A stretch of DNA of 64,000 nucleotides from assembly GCA_964291625.2 (NCBI GenBank), contig OZ220089.1:4384001-4448000 (forward strand), in the 5' to 3' direction. The notes beneath the pieces were generated by a model. It made no database searches. It was not told the DNA's origin and saw only the letters and a program-made list of their open reading frames with translations. This document shows, piece after piece, positions 17,328 through 27,489 of the stretch. Position numbers and translations under genes: made by a program. Source of the DNA: Candidatus Latescibacterota bacterium. Its GTDB lineage: Bacteria > Latescibacterota > UBA2968 > UBA8231. Every line of letters begins with the position of its first letter. The stretch's first letter is position 1.

Positions 17328-18521
17328 ATGAGGACAGAAAGGGACATCCTCGAACACCTGGCCGTTCTGTACGCCGGCCGGCGAGTGATCATCGGCGGTA
17401 CCCTGGGCCTGTGCGCCTTGGCGGGGGCTCTGAGCTTCCTGGTGCCCGAAGAGTTCGAGGCCACCGCCCAGATCCTGCCGCCCAAGGAGCAGAAGCAGGG
17501 GTTCGGGTTCTCCGACCTGCTCTCGGCGTTGCCGATCCCGACCCTGCGCCTCGGCGAGAAGGGCACGCCGGCGGACATCTTCATCGCCACCCTCAAGAGC
17601 CGGAGGACTCGCCTGCAGATGGTAGAGGAGTTCGATCTGCTGCAGCGCTACGAAGTGGAGACCATGACCGATGCCTTGGAGATCCTGAGGACCCGGACGA
17701 CGGTCGACAAGACCGAGGAGGGCACGATCCAGATATCCGTCCTCGATCAGGACCCGCAGAGGGCCGCGGCGATGGCCAACCGGTACATCGAGCTCCTCGA
17801 CCTCACGAACAAGCAGATCTCGCGCAAGACCGCCTCCGAGCGCCTCGGCTTCGTCCGCAAGCTCCTGGAGGAGGAGAACGTCAAGCTGGAAGGAAAGATG
17901 GAGGCGCTGCAGCAGTTCCAGTCCGAGTACAACGCCATCTCGATCGCGGACCAGGCCCGGGCGGTGATCCGTGAGGCCGCCAGGATGCAGTCGGAAGCCA
18001 CGGAGCTGGAGATCGCCCGCAAAGGGTGGATCCTGTCGGGCCTGGACGCCAGCCACGACAAGGTGAAGAAGCTCCAGCAGGAGATCGCGCTGCGGGAGCG
18101 GATGCTGGTCATACTGCGGGACGGGCTCGGCGCGGGAGGCGTCGACCAGCGCCAGGAAGAGGAGCTGGACCTGGAGCTGGAGTTGGACGAGAACCTCTTC
18201 CTGCCCTTGAAACAGATCCCCGCGGTAGCCCAGGATTTCGCCGCCCTGGAGAAGGACGTCCTGGTCCAGACAGCCCTGCTGCAGCTTCTTCTGCAGCAGG
18301 AGGCCGAGGCGCTCATCGAGGCCAAGAACACGACCTCGACGGTTCAGGTCCTCGATCCGGCGATGCCCCCGGAGGTGAAGGCCAAGCCCCAGCGGCTGTT
18401 GATCGTCTTCGTCACGGGCGTCATCAGCCTCTTCGCCTCCATCTTCTACACTCTGGGGGCGGGATACGTCCGGGATGTCCGGCACCGGTGGCGCCAGGAG
18501 TGGATGGAGGAGGAGAAGTGA
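17328..18521 (+). CDS. Polysaccharide co-polymerase / chain-length determinant (Wzz-like, no kinase domain)
   Basis: N- and C-terminal TM helices, FEATAQILPP, coiled coil, VQVLDPAMPPEVKAKPQR. Confidence 0.85.
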   Translation: MRTERDILEHLAVLYAGRRVIIGGTLGLCALAGALSFLVPEEFEATAQILPPKEQKQGFGFSDLLSALPIPTLRLGEKGTPADIFIATLKSRRTRLQMVEEFDLLQRYEVETMTDALEILRTRTTVDKTEEGTIQISVLDQDPQRAAAMANRYIELLDLTNKQISRKTASERLGFVRKLLEEENVKLEGKMEALQQFQSEYNAISIADQARAVIREAARMQSEATELEIARKGWILSGLDASHDKVKKLQQEIALRERMLVILRDGLGAGGVDQRQEEELDLELELDENLFLPLKQIPAVAQDFAALEKDVLVQTALLQLLLQQEAEALIEAKNTTSTVQVLDPAMPPEVKAKPQRLLIVFVTGVISLFASIFYTLGAGYVRDVRHRWRQEWMEEEK

Positions 18522-18634
18522 AGGTGGAGAGGTCCGCGTCCTCCACAGGAGGCGCCTGAGCCGGCGAAGGGTCCCGTCCCCGTAGACGCTGCCCGGCTCA
18601 GGCCTCTAACAGCCTTCCAGCGGGAGGGACAGCG

Positions 18635-19771
18635 TTGCCCAGAGCCGTCCACCTCACCACCGTCCACGAACCGTTCGACAACAGGGTCTTTCACCGCGAG
18701 TGCAGGAGCCTGGCGGCAGCCGGCTACGAAGTGGTGCTCCTGTCCCCGGGGCAGGCCGCGGTGGTCGAGGGGATCCGGGTCGGGGGTCTGCAGCGCTTCT
18801 CCAACCGGTTCGCGCGCATGAGCCTGGGGGTCTTCCGGGCCCTCCTCAAGGCCCTGGCAACGCCCGCCGACCTCTATCACTTCCACGACCCGGAGCTCAT
18901 CCCCGCGGGTCTGCTTCTGCGGCTGCTGGGGAAGCGCGTGGTCTACGACATCCACGAGGACAACCGCACGGCCCTCGAGGAACGGGAGTACCTGCCGCTC
19001 CGACTGCGCGCCCCGATCGCCGGAACCCTCGCCCGCCTCGAGGAAGGGGCCAGCCGACACTTCCACCTGGCTCTGGCCGAGCGATACTATGCCGAACGGT
19101 TCCCCCGCGGTGAGCCGATCCTGAACTATCCTCGGCTCCCCGCCCTGGACGAGGGCGAGCTCTCCGCCCGTGCCCGTGCTGCCGGACACCCGCGGCTGAT
19201 CTACACCGGCAACGTAAAGAGCTACCGGGGGGCCCACTGCCACACCCGGCTCCTGCATGACCTGCCCGAGGCGGAGCTCTTCCTGGTGGGCCGCTGCGAC
19301 CCGGACCTGGCAGCCGACTTGCAGGCTGGCGCCGACCCGGCGCGCCTCCACCTCGAAGGCGTGGGCGTCCACGTTCCCCACGAACGCATCGTCTCGTACT
19401 ACTTGCGGGAGAGCTGGACGGCCGGCCTTGCCCTCTTTCCCCCCAGCCGGCATACCCGGAGAAAAGAGCTGACCAAGGTCTTCGAGTACATGGCCTTCGG
19501 GATTCCCGTGCTCTGCGCCGACGTCCCCAACCTGCGCCGGATCGTCGAAGGGGCCGGATGCGGAATCTGTGTCGACCCGCGGAGAGACGGGGTGGCGGCG
19601 GAAGCCGTGCGCTACCTGTGGGAGAATCCCGAGGATGCACGGCAGATGGGAGAGAGGGGGCGGCAGGCGGTGCGCGCAGAGTACAACTGGGAGAGCCAGG
19701 CGAGGAAGTTGCTGCGGCTCTACGAAGCCGTCCTCGACCGGGGGCAGACCGACCGATCGTGCCGGCCCTAG
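18635..19771 (+). CDS. Glycosyltransferase family 4
   Basis: HLTTVHEPFDNRVFHRECRSLA, YHFHDPEL, YDIHED and KVFEYMAFGIPV motifs. Confidence 0.9.
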   Translation: MPRAVHLTTVHEPFDNRVFHRECRSLAAAGYEVVLLSPGQAAVVEGIRVGGLQRFSNRFARMSLGVFRALLKALATPADLYHFHDPELIPAGLLLRLLGKRVVYDIHEDNRTALEEREYLPLRLRAPIAGTLARLEEGASRHFHLALAERYYAERFPRGEPILNYPRLPALDEGELSARARAAGHPRLIYTGNVKSYRGAHCHTRLLHDLPEAELFLVGRCDPDLAADLQAGADPARLHLEGVGVHVPHERIVSYYLRESWTAGLALFPPSRHTRRKELTKVFEYMAFGIPVLCADVPNLRRIVEGAGCGICVDPRRDGVAAEAVRYLWENPEDARQMGERGRQAVRAEYNWESQARKLLRLYEAVLDRGQTDRSCRP

Positions 19772-21645
19772 CCCCCAGGCTCCTTGGATCCCTGCTCACG
19801 GCCGGCTTCGTGCTCGGGGTTGCCGCCTGGACGGCTGGGGGGGCGTTGCTGGAGGACGTGGTGGAGGCTGCCTATGGCGGAACCTCCCTGGAGTACCTGG
19901 ACAGACTGGTCGCCAAGGATCGGCTCAAGGACCCCCAGAGCCGGACCCTGGCGTACTACCAGGAACGGGGGAGCCGTACCCTCCACCGGCTCATGATGCT
20001 CTACTTCGCCGGCCTGGGGCTGGCGGCCCTGGCCCTCTTCCATGGCCGTCAACGGCTGGCCTCCGTCTTTCTCGCCAGGACGTCTCCCCTCAACCTGGCT
20101 CTCTTCCGCATCGCCCTCTTCAGCCAGGTTCTCGTCTTCGGTCCAAGGCTGGCCATCGAGGTGAGCCACTTGCCCGAGACCGCCCTGGTTCCCCCTCCGG
20201 GATGGGGCTGGTTCCTGGCCATCCTGCCACCTACCCCCATCCTGGTGGAAGGCGCTTTCCGATTGTTCCAGTTGTTCTGCGTCGCCAGCCTGCTGGGTCT
20301 CTTCACCCGCACCGCGACCGTAGGCGCAACAGTGCTGGGTCTGTACGTGATGGGCGTTCCCCAGTTCTACGGCAAGATCGACCACTACCACGCCTTGTGG
20401 TGGTTCATGTTGCTGCTGGCCTCCAGCCCCTCGGGGCATGCCCTGTCCCTGGATGCGATCCTCAGGGCCAAGTCGCCCGATGGGGGCGCCGCGGCCCCCG
20501 GGCGGGAGTACGCCCTCCCATTGCGCTTCGTGTGGTTGTTGATCGGCGTGATCTACTTCTTCCCGGGGTTCTGGAAATTCGTCATCTCTGGCCCAGAGTG
20601 GGCCCTGAGCGACAATCTGAAATACAAGATGTACGCCAAGTGGTTTGAACTTGGCGGATGGGAACCACTCCTTCGTCTCGATCGATACCCCCTGCTGTAC
20701 AAGGCCGGCGGCGTCCTCACCATGGTATTCGAAATGGGGTTCGTCTTCGCCCTCTTCAGTCGGCCACTCCGGATCCTCTTCATTCTCGGGGGGGTGATGT
20801 TCTACCTCAACAACGTGGTCTTCCTCAACATTCACTTCACTCACTTGATCTTCACCTATGTGGCTTTCTTCGACTGGCGACTCCTCCTTTCTCGACTTGG
20901 AGCCGGGCTCTTCAGGAACGAGGCGGTCCTCCTCTACACGCCCGAGTCCGCCGCGCAAAGGCGGGCAGCGGTCATCCGTTGCCTGGATGTTCTCGGGGCC
21001 GTTCGCTACGAGGCCGACACCAGGGCTCTGCCCGGGTCCCGCATCAGCCTGTACCTGAAGGGGTCCGAGGTGCAGGGGGGCCGGCTCTGGACGATACTGG
21101 CCAGCCGTGTGCCGTTGATCATCCCGGCCCTTCCCTTCCTCGTGACGGCCCGACGACCCGCACCCCATCCCGTGAAGGGCCACCCTGGGCCCCCTTCCCT
21201 CCGGCCCACGGCCTTGACCGGCGGGATCCTGCTGTCCGCCAACATCCTGTGTGGCCTCGCTCTCGTCGATTCCTGGCCTTTCGCCGTGTATCCTACTTTC
21301 GCTTCCATCGATCGACCTGAGGCACCCTCGGTGTTGTTGGTCGCCATGGATTCGGACGGCCGGCCCCTGGCCCGGGCCGCCCCCCTGCAGGACGATCGGT
21401 TCATTTCCGCTTTCGGCAGTCCGACCCGGCTGCGCGCCTACCTGAACCTTCTCCTGGCCGGGGACCCGTATGGGAATGACGACCCCCTTCAGGCCCTCTG
21501 GCTCGTGTGGAAAGAGATGGACGGGAGCCTGGAGGGAACCAGGAGAGTCCACTTCTACCGCACCAGGCTCTCCACCATTCCGGAGGAACGATACCGCGTG
21601 TTGAACCGTGAGTTGTACTACAGGCTGGTGGTGGAGCAGGACTGA
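19759..21645 (+). CDS. Polytopic membrane protein, HTTM-like, with a degenerate DCC1-like segment
   Basis: LALFRI, LLGLFTR, YFFPGFWK...GPEW, FEMGF and WPFAVYPTF motifs; many TM segments. Start uncertain. Confidence 0.55.
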   Translation: MPALAPRLLGSLLTAGFVLGVAAWTAGGALLEDVVEAAYGGTSLEYLDRLVAKDRLKDPQSRTLAYYQERGSRTLHRLMMLYFAGLGLAALALFHGRQRLASVFLARTSPLNLALFRIALFSQVLVFGPRLAIEVSHLPETALVPPPGWGWFLAILPPTPILVEGAFRLFQLFCVASLLGLFTRTATVGATVLGLYVMGVPQFYGKIDHYHALWWFMLLLASSPSGHALSLDAILRAKSPDGGAAAPGREYALPLRFVWLLIGVIYFFPGFWKFVISGPEWALSDNLKYKMYAKWFELGGWEPLLRLDRYPLLYKAGGVLTMVFEMGFVFALFSRPLRILFILGGVMFYLNNVVFLNIHFTHLIFTYVAFFDWRLLLSRLGAGLFRNEAVLLYTPESAAQRRAAVIRCLDVLGAVRYEADTRALPGSRISLYLKGSEVQGGRLWTILASRVPLIIPALPFLVTARRPAPHPVKGHPGPPSLRPTALTGGILLSANILCGLALVDSWPFAVYPTFASIDRPEAPSVLLVAMDSDGRPLARAAPLQDDRFISAFGSPTRLRAYLNLLLAGDPYGNDDPLQALWLVWKEMDGSLEGTRRVHFYRTRLSTIPEERYRVLNRELYYRLVVEQD

Positions 21646-21670
21646 CGACGCCACCTGGTCCGGCGGGCCG

Positions 21671-22528
21671 TCAGATCAGTGGAATCCGAAAGACCGCTCC
21701 CGGGGAGCTCCCTCCTTTTCCCACCACACAAACGCCCACCTTCCGGAAGTCGACTGCCTGGAGGACCCTGGGGTCCATCTTGAGGCGGCTCCAGGCATCA
21801 CGCATGCCAACGGACCAGGAGATGTCATCGAAGATCACGAGGGACCTCTCGGACAGGTGGGGACGGAGCAGGTCGAAGTACTCGAGCGTCGCAGGGCCGT
21901 CGTGATGGCCGTCCACGAATACGTAGTCCACGGGGCGGGGGTCTTCGAGAATCGCGGGCAGTGTATTCTCGAAGAGCCCGGCAACTACGGTGGCATTCCC
22001 AAGGCCCAGGCCCGAGAGGTTGCGCGACGCCCATTGGGCAGTCTGCGGACACCCTTCTATGGTCGTCAGCGTTCCGCCGTCGGCGTTGATGGCAAGGGCC
22101 GCGCCCTGGTAGGCGGCGCTGATCCCCAGGCACGTGCCGAGTTCCACGCACCGCAGGGGCCGGAACTTGCGGACCAGCTTCATCAGGAGGAGTGACCAGA
22201 AGTAGGGCTTGCTCGCCCGGCGGCACCGTTCCCCGACGGTCACGTCCAGGGTCCCGCCGGGGCCTGCCCCATAGTCGTACGCGGCCATCGTGTCGGTGCA
22301 GCGATGCAATTTCCGCCGCAAGGTTTCGACGCGCCGCACCCAGTCCTCCTCCGCAGGGTCAAGCCTGTTTGCGAGGGCCTCACTCAGAGCCTCTTCGAGA
22401 GTGGGCGACCTCTCTTTCAGGCTGGCCACTTCCCTACGCGCAGAGGCAGCTTGCACCTTGTGGACAGCCGCACGCAGGGTTTCGTCAACGCCGAGTCCGG
22501 ATGCGATCCTCGAGAGCCAATAGGGCAT
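21671..22528 (-). CDS. Class I SAM-dependent methyltransferase (Methyltransf_24-like)
   Basis: VELGTCLGISAAY, DYVFVDGHH and IFDDISWS motifs. Confidence 0.88.
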   Translation of the reverse strand: MPYWLSRIASGLGVDETLRAAVHKVQAASARREVASLKERSPTLEEALSEALANRLDPAEEDWVRRVETLRRKLHRCTDTMAAYDYGAGPGGTLDVTVGERCRRASKPYFWSLLLMKLVRKFRPLRCVELGTCLGISAAYQGAALAINADGGTLTTIEGCPQTAQWASRNLSGLGLGNATVVAGLFENTLPAILEDPRPVDYVFVDGHHDGPATLEYFDLLRPHLSERSLVIFDDISWSVGMRDAWSRLKMDPRVLQAVDFRKVGVCVVGKGGSSPGAVFRIPLI

Positions 22529-22681
22529 CTCAGCCTCTTCCTCTGAACCGGGGAACGCCGATGGTGTCTACGGAAGAGCCCCCTTCGCCCGGTCTATCGA
22601 TGAAGACCATACCTGCCCAGGCCCGGCCCGTCTCCATGGGGAGACCGTTCCTGCATCCGCCTGGGGAGGCTGCGGCGGTCG

Positions 22682-23839
22682 TCATGCAAGGACCGCTTCG
22701 TACAGGCCATGGATCTGGCGCGCCACATGCCGGTAGTCGTATCGCTCCCGGGCCCGCCGGCGAATGGCTCGTCTGTCAAAGGTGTCGTAGTCCCGGATGG
22801 CGGCGAGAATGCCCGCGCACAGGTCTTCGGCATCACCAACCGCCACCAAGCGGCCGGCCGAGTCGTCCACCATCTCCTCGGGGCCGCCGCACCGGGTGAC
22901 CACAACGGGGAGTCCCGAGGCCAGGGCCTCTATCAAGGAGGTAGTGAGGCCTTCGCTGAAACTGGGCATGACGAAGAGATCGGCATCCGCCATACGGGCT
23001 GGCAGTTCCTCCCAGGGTATGGCGTCTTCGAAGCGGACGCAGTCGGACAGGTTCAGGGCGCGGACCTGGGGAAGGAAGGCATCGGCGGTCCCCGTGGAGG
23101 GATGTCCCCCAATGAGGCGAAGGGAGACGTCGGAACGGTGGAGGCGGACCTTGGCGAGGGCCTCGAAGAGCACCCTCAACCCCTTCGCCTCGGCGAATCG
23201 GCCAACATAGAGAAGACGCCAACCCCCGTTGCCTCCAGGCCGTGAAGACGCGCCCGAGAACAGGCGGCAGTCGACGCCGTTGGGAATGCAGTGAACCCTG
23301 TCCTCCGGGACGCCGAGGCGCAACACCTCGCGGCTCAGGTCCTGGCTCACGGCGATGACGGCGGCGGCGCGGCGGAGAGCCTCCGCCGTCAGGTCGCGCC
23401 AACTGGGATTGAGGCGGGGCAGGATCTTGATGTCGGAGCCGTGGACGGTGATGACCACGGGCCGGCCTGTGCGAGCCCCGTATTCGACTGCGGCGCGGCC
23501 ATCCGGGTAGGCGCAGTGGGCATGGATCAGATCGGGCACATGGTCGACGGCCTTCCGCAGGGCCCCGAGGTGGAATCTCCACAGTCTCGTGAAGAGCAGA
23601 CGGCGCGGCAGGGCCAGGCGGCGGGGATGCCGCACCCGGATGCCATCCAGGACCTGAGAGCGGGGGACGAGGCGGTAGTCGCTCCAACGGCCGAATCCGG
23701 GCAGGGGAAACCAGGGAACCGGTGCTATGACATCCAGCTCGCAGTGGCTATCGAGGAAGCGCAACTGGTTGTGCACGAAATTCCCATAGATCCTCGAAGT
23801 AGAGTTGGGATAGAGGTGCGAAAGCACCAGGACTCTCAC
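22682..23839 (-). CDS. Glycosyltransferase family 4 (TuaC-like)
   Basis: DLIHAH, TVHGSD, IPNGVD, LYVGR and PSFSEG...EALASGLPVV motifs. Confidence 0.9.
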   Translation of the reverse strand: MRVLVLSHLYPNSTSRIYGNFVHNQLRFLDSHCELDVIAPVPWFPLPGFGRWSDYRLVPRSQVLDGIRVRHPRRLALPRRLLFTRLWRFHLGALRKAVDHVPDLIHAHCAYPDGRAAVEYGARTGRPVVITVHGSDIKILPRLNPSWRDLTAEALRRAAAVIAVSQDLSREVLRLGVPEDRVHCIPNGVDCRLFSGASSRPGGNGGWRLLYVGRFAEAKGLRVLFEALAKVRLHRSDVSLRLIGGHPSTGTADAFLPQVRALNLSDCVRFEDAIPWEELPARMADADLFVMPSFSEGLTTSLIEALASGLPVVVTRCGGPEEMVDDSAGRLVAVGDAEDLCAGILAAIRDYDTFDRRAIRRRARERYDYRHVARQIHGLYEAVLA

Positions 23840-25269
23840 CTGCGCCCCTCCCTGTCAAGGGCCGGCAGGGCATAGATGAGCCCCGTGAACATCCACAGGA
23901 AATTGTTGGCGAACTCTCCCGTGAAGGTGAGGCTGACCTGGAAGGTGACGAAGACCGCCACGAGGGCGATCATCACCCCGCGCAGATACTCGTCCTGTAT
24001 GCTCCTCGTGCTGCGCACGCCGAAGGAGAGGATCCGCCAGACGATCCAGACGGCGACGGTCATGCCCACGAGGCCGAGCTCGGCGAGTATGGTGGCAAAG
24101 AGGGTGTGGGACTCGCGAGTCGGCAGCCAGTGGGGGAATGCCACCGGTTTGTAGTCCTCGAAGACGACTGGGAAGGCACGCCATCCCACCCCCAGCAGGG
24201 GGTGGTCCAGGAACATCTTGAGGCCAGCCAGCACGAAGTAGACCCGCGCCGAGCCCGAGGCGCGGCTGTCGGTTCCGAACTCTGCAAAGAAGGAGAAGAT
24301 GGAGACGAAGCGATCGAAGATGTAGGCAGCAATCGGGACGTAGTTCATGATCAGCAGGACTGTGGCAACCGATGCGGCCACCAGGTAGAGCAGGTAGCGG
24401 AGCCTTCCCGCCAGGAAGAGAAGCACGATGAATCCGATAAAGAGGGCCATCCAGTTGGCGCGGCTGAAGGTGATGATCAAGGCTGCCGTGCCCAGTCCGA
24501 CAGGGGGCAGGATCAGGGCTCGTTTCCACCAGCCCAGCCTGGGAATCAAGGCAATACCGGCGAAGAAGATGATGCCCACTGCCAGGAATGTGCCGAAGAG
24601 ATTGGGATTGTGGTAAGTGCCGGAGGCACGGGGTATGTTGGCTCCGAAGTGGTAGACGATACGAGCGGGGAGGTAGAACTGCCCGGTGGAGATCTGCATG
24701 AGCGCCAGGGTCGAGGTGGCGGTCAAGGCTACTGCCAGCGAGACGATCGTCAGATCGAGTTTGCCCCTGGAGTCTACCAGGACCTGGATCAGGTAGAGCA
24801 GAAGGACCATGCAACACATGCGTATGAAGCTGAGGGTGGCCTCGGGCTGGTTGGGCGAATAGGTGAGAGAGACCGCTATGCACCCCAGAAACACCAGTAG
24901 GGGGGTGAGGATTTCCAGTCGGGGAAATGACCGCCGCTTCGTCAGGAAGACGTGGGCGGCACAAGAGGCACAGAGAAGGACGAAGGCCAGGTGGAATCCG
25001 GTGACCGGCATCCCGAGGGCCGTTGTCTGCACCAGGCGCCCTGCCGAGTCCAGCGCCGTGGTACCTACCACCGCGGGGATCAGCAGCCAGGGGAACATGG
25101 GCAGCAGGAAGATTGCGGCCATGCCCGCCATGCTTCCCAGGGTCCAGAGAAGGTGCTCGAAAGGCAGGAAGAGGTACCCCGCCAGTATCGCAGCCTGCAA
25201 CAAGAGGAGGAGGGCAAAGCCGCGGTGGCGCAGGAGATGCCTCCAGGACTTCCCGGCCGGGGCCGTCAT
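23836..25269 (-). CDS. O-antigen ligase / Wzy-type polymerase
   Basis: Polytopic; RASGTYHNPNLFG, TFSRANW, HPLLGVG and SHTLFATILAELGLVG motifs. Confidence 0.85.
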   Translation of the reverse strand: MTAPAGKSWRHLLRHRGFALLLLLQAAILAGYLFLPFEHLLWTLGSMAGMAAIFLLPMFPWLLIPAVVGTTALDSAGRLVQTTALGMPVTGFHLAFVLLCASCAAHVFLTKRRSFPRLEILTPLLVFLGCIAVSLTYSPNQPEATLSFIRMCCMVLLLYLIQVLVDSRGKLDLTIVSLAVALTATSTLALMQISTGQFYLPARIVYHFGANIPRASGTYHNPNLFGTFLAVGIIFFAGIALIPRLGWWKRALILPPVGLGTAALIITFSRANWMALFIGFIVLLFLAGRLRYLLYLVAASVATVLLIMNYVPIAAYIFDRFVSIFSFFAEFGTDSRASGSARVYFVLAGLKMFLDHPLLGVGWRAFPVVFEDYKPVAFPHWLPTRESHTLFATILAELGLVGMTVAVWIVWRILSFGVRSTRSIQDEYLRGVMIALVAVFVTFQVSLTFTGEFANNFLWMFTGLIYALPALDREGRR

Positions 25270-25283
25270 GAGATCGTCAGAGT

Positions 25284-26510
25284 TCAGCGGCACAAGAGCG
25301 CCCCCCAGCCCAGGCCCTCCGTGCGCAGGTAATACGTCCCCACCAGAAGGGCCCAGGCGGCGTAGGCAATGGTGGTCGAGAGGGCGGCGCCCTGCAGCCC
25401 CAGAGCGGGGATGAGACAGAGGTTGAGGGCAAAGTTGAGCGCGAAGGCAGCGGCCGCTGCCCACAAGGTGATCGCCGGATATCCCTGTCCGGCCAGCTTG
25501 ATGTTGCACACCGAGCCCAGGCCGAGGAAGACCAGGCCGGGCAGCATCCACGCCAGGGGCAGGAACGATTCGGGGTAGGCAGGGAAGAACCAGCCGATCA
25601 GTGACTCTCCCGCGGCCAGCAATACCAGAGCCGCGGCCACGGAGAAGAGCAGGATTCGGCGGGCGACTCGCAGGCTCAAGCCGTCTTCATCCCGATCCCG
25701 TACGACCTTCGCAAGCAGGATCGCGCCGGCCACGTCCGGCACCCTCTGCATCATCTCCGCGAACTGCGTCGCCACCCGGTAGCTGCCTACCGCCGCGTCG
25801 TCGAGGAAGTAATCGATCAGGAAGACATCGCTCTTCAAGAGCAGGAAGATCAGCACCGCGGAGGCTGCTCCCCGCCAGCCGACGCCCAGGGTGCGTCGCA
25901 GGACTCTCCCGTCGCCCCAGGTGAACCCCCCGGTTCCGACCAACATCGCGAAGGCAGACAGACCGGCAAAGCCCGCCGCCCCTGCAAAAAGGACGAGGCT
26001 ATTCTCCAGGTGCAGCGTTCCCGTCAGCAGAAGGGCCGCGTTGCCCGCGAGGTAGACGGTGATGAACAGCACCGGAACCGCCGCGTACGGCCGGATGCGG
26101 TCCAGTCCCAGGAGCACCGCTTGTCCGCTGCGTTGCAGGACGACCAGGGCTGGAAGCACCCCCAGAAGGGGCCAGCTGCCCAGCGCCTCCGGCCCGAGAA
26201 CACGGGCCATCGCTCCGGCCCCCGCATAGGCCAGGCCGATCCCGCCCGCCAGGATCACCAGGCAACACAGCAAGGCGTTGTCCCGGGCCGGCGCTCCCGC
26301 CTCTTCCCGTCCCACCACGTAGGTGCTGCCGCGCCGCAGCCACTCCCCGAAGAGCATGGCGCCGATGACGACGGCGACGGTCCAGAGCCCCAGCCGTCCG
26401 TACTCGGCCTTGTCCAGATGGTTGGCAAGCAGCCATTGGTTGACCCATCCGAGGGCGAAGACCAGTCCGGTGGAGACGGCGTTGAGGGAGAAACCGCGAG
26501 AATAGCTCAT
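25284..26510 (-). CDS. wzx: Oligosaccharide flippase (Wzx / MATE-like)
   Basis: About 12 TM segments; EYGRL, DVFLI...AVGSYRVA and LIPALGLQGAALST motifs. Confidence 0.82.
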   Translation of the reverse strand: MSYSRGFSLNAVSTGLVFALGWVNQWLLANHLDKAEYGRLGLWTVAVVIGAMLFGEWLRRGSTYVVGREEAGAPARDNALLCCLVILAGGIGLAYAGAGAMARVLGPEALGSWPLLGVLPALVVLQRSGQAVLLGLDRIRPYAAVPVLFITVYLAGNAALLLTGTLHLENSLVLFAGAAGFAGLSAFAMLVGTGGFTWGDGRVLRRTLGVGWRGAASAVLIFLLLKSDVFLIDYFLDDAAVGSYRVATQFAEMMQRVPDVAGAILLAKVVRDRDEDGLSLRVARRILLFSVAAALVLLAAGESLIGWFFPAYPESFLPLAWMLPGLVFLGLGSVCNIKLAGQGYPAITLWAAAAAFALNFALNLCLIPALGLQGAALSTTIAYAAWALLVGTYYLRTEGLGWGALLCR

Positions 26511-26578
26511 CCGCGAGGCGCGACGCCCCAGGGGAAGTGTTGTTGGCCGGATCGACGGGGTTGGCGGGGAGCCGCAGT

Positions 26579-26607
26579 AATATCACCTCCACCCGGTGCG
26601 GGGACAA
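26579..26607 (-). promoter_or_regulatory. Possible sigma70 promoter for the wzx arm
   Basis: Minus strand TTGTCC-N17-GATATT in an AT-richer patch. Confidence 0.3.
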
Positions 26608-26697
26608 TTGACTTGCGGCCCAGGGCGGCCGGGACGCACCTCGACCACGAGCGGCTGCAAGGCCTGAGGTGGGTCGGCCGAAGGCGGCGTCGCAGCT

Positions 26698-27489
26698 CTA
26701 TGGAGCCTCGGGAGGGTCCTCGCCCTCCGATGGTCCGGACGCTGCAACGGGATTCTCGGAGGAGAACCGCACCACGCCGAAGCCCTCCGGCGCGTGGAAC
26801 TGGGGCTTCTCGGTGCCCGTGTCCGACCAGGTGATGTACTGGAGGTTCACGGCGCCGCCCGTGCGGTAGAGGTTCAGGCGCCACAGGTCGCCGTCCTCCG
26901 GGGGCAGTCTCGGGGCGAATCCTTCGAAGGTGTCGAAGGGGATGGCGATCTCCGTCGTCCACAGGCTGTCGAGGTCGGTCTCCTCGTTCAGGGTGCCGTG
27001 GATCTCGATGGCCACCCGCAGACCGTCGGCGTTCCAGGCGGAGCTCCGGCCCTCCCGGGGCGAACGGTCGAGGATCGTGCCCAGGGCGTTGAACTCGAAG
27101 TTGTAGTAGATGCTCACGTCGGCCGTGTCGGGGGCGATGAAGACCTCGACGCAGTCGTCCCTGGAGACCGGGTCGTCGCGGTTGGTGTGGACGGCGGAGA
27201 TGTGGGGGTCGAAGGCGCGAAAGGCGACGTAGAGGGCCTCGTCGTCCCACAGCAGGTGGGCCTCGGTGCGGTCCCTGGCCCCGGAGGTGTACCAGGGAAA
27301 GACGAAGCCGTCGATCATCGGCGCCGCGGCCCAGGAGGGTTCGTCGAGGACGCCGTCGACGGCGATGGGACCGGCCGTGCGCTGCACCACGGCTCGCGGT
27401 ACGTGGTCGGGGATCGGCTCGGCGGGGAGCGGCAGGGAGCTGCAGGCCAGGACCAGCAACGGGACGAGGAGTCTTTCACGGTGAGTCAT
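26698..27489 (-). CDS. Secreted CBM9-like (DOMON fold) carbohydrate-binding protein
   Basis: Signal peptide; IAVDGVLDEPSW, LWDDEALYVAF, DDCVEVFI, YYNFEFNALG and WTTEIAIPF motifs. Confidence 0.85.
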   Translation of the reverse strand: MTHRERLLVPLLVLACSSLPLPAEPIPDHVPRAVVQRTAGPIAVDGVLDEPSWAAAPMIDGFVFPWYTSGARDRTEAHLLWDDEALYVAFRAFDPHISAVHTNRDDPVSRDDCVEVFIAPDTADVSIYYNFEFNALGTILDRSPREGRSSAWNADGLRVAIEIHGTLNEETDLDSLWTTEIAIPFDTFEGFAPRLPPEDGDLWRLNLYRTGGAVNLQYITWSDTGTEKPQFHAPEGFGVVRFSSENPVAASGPSEGEDPPEAP

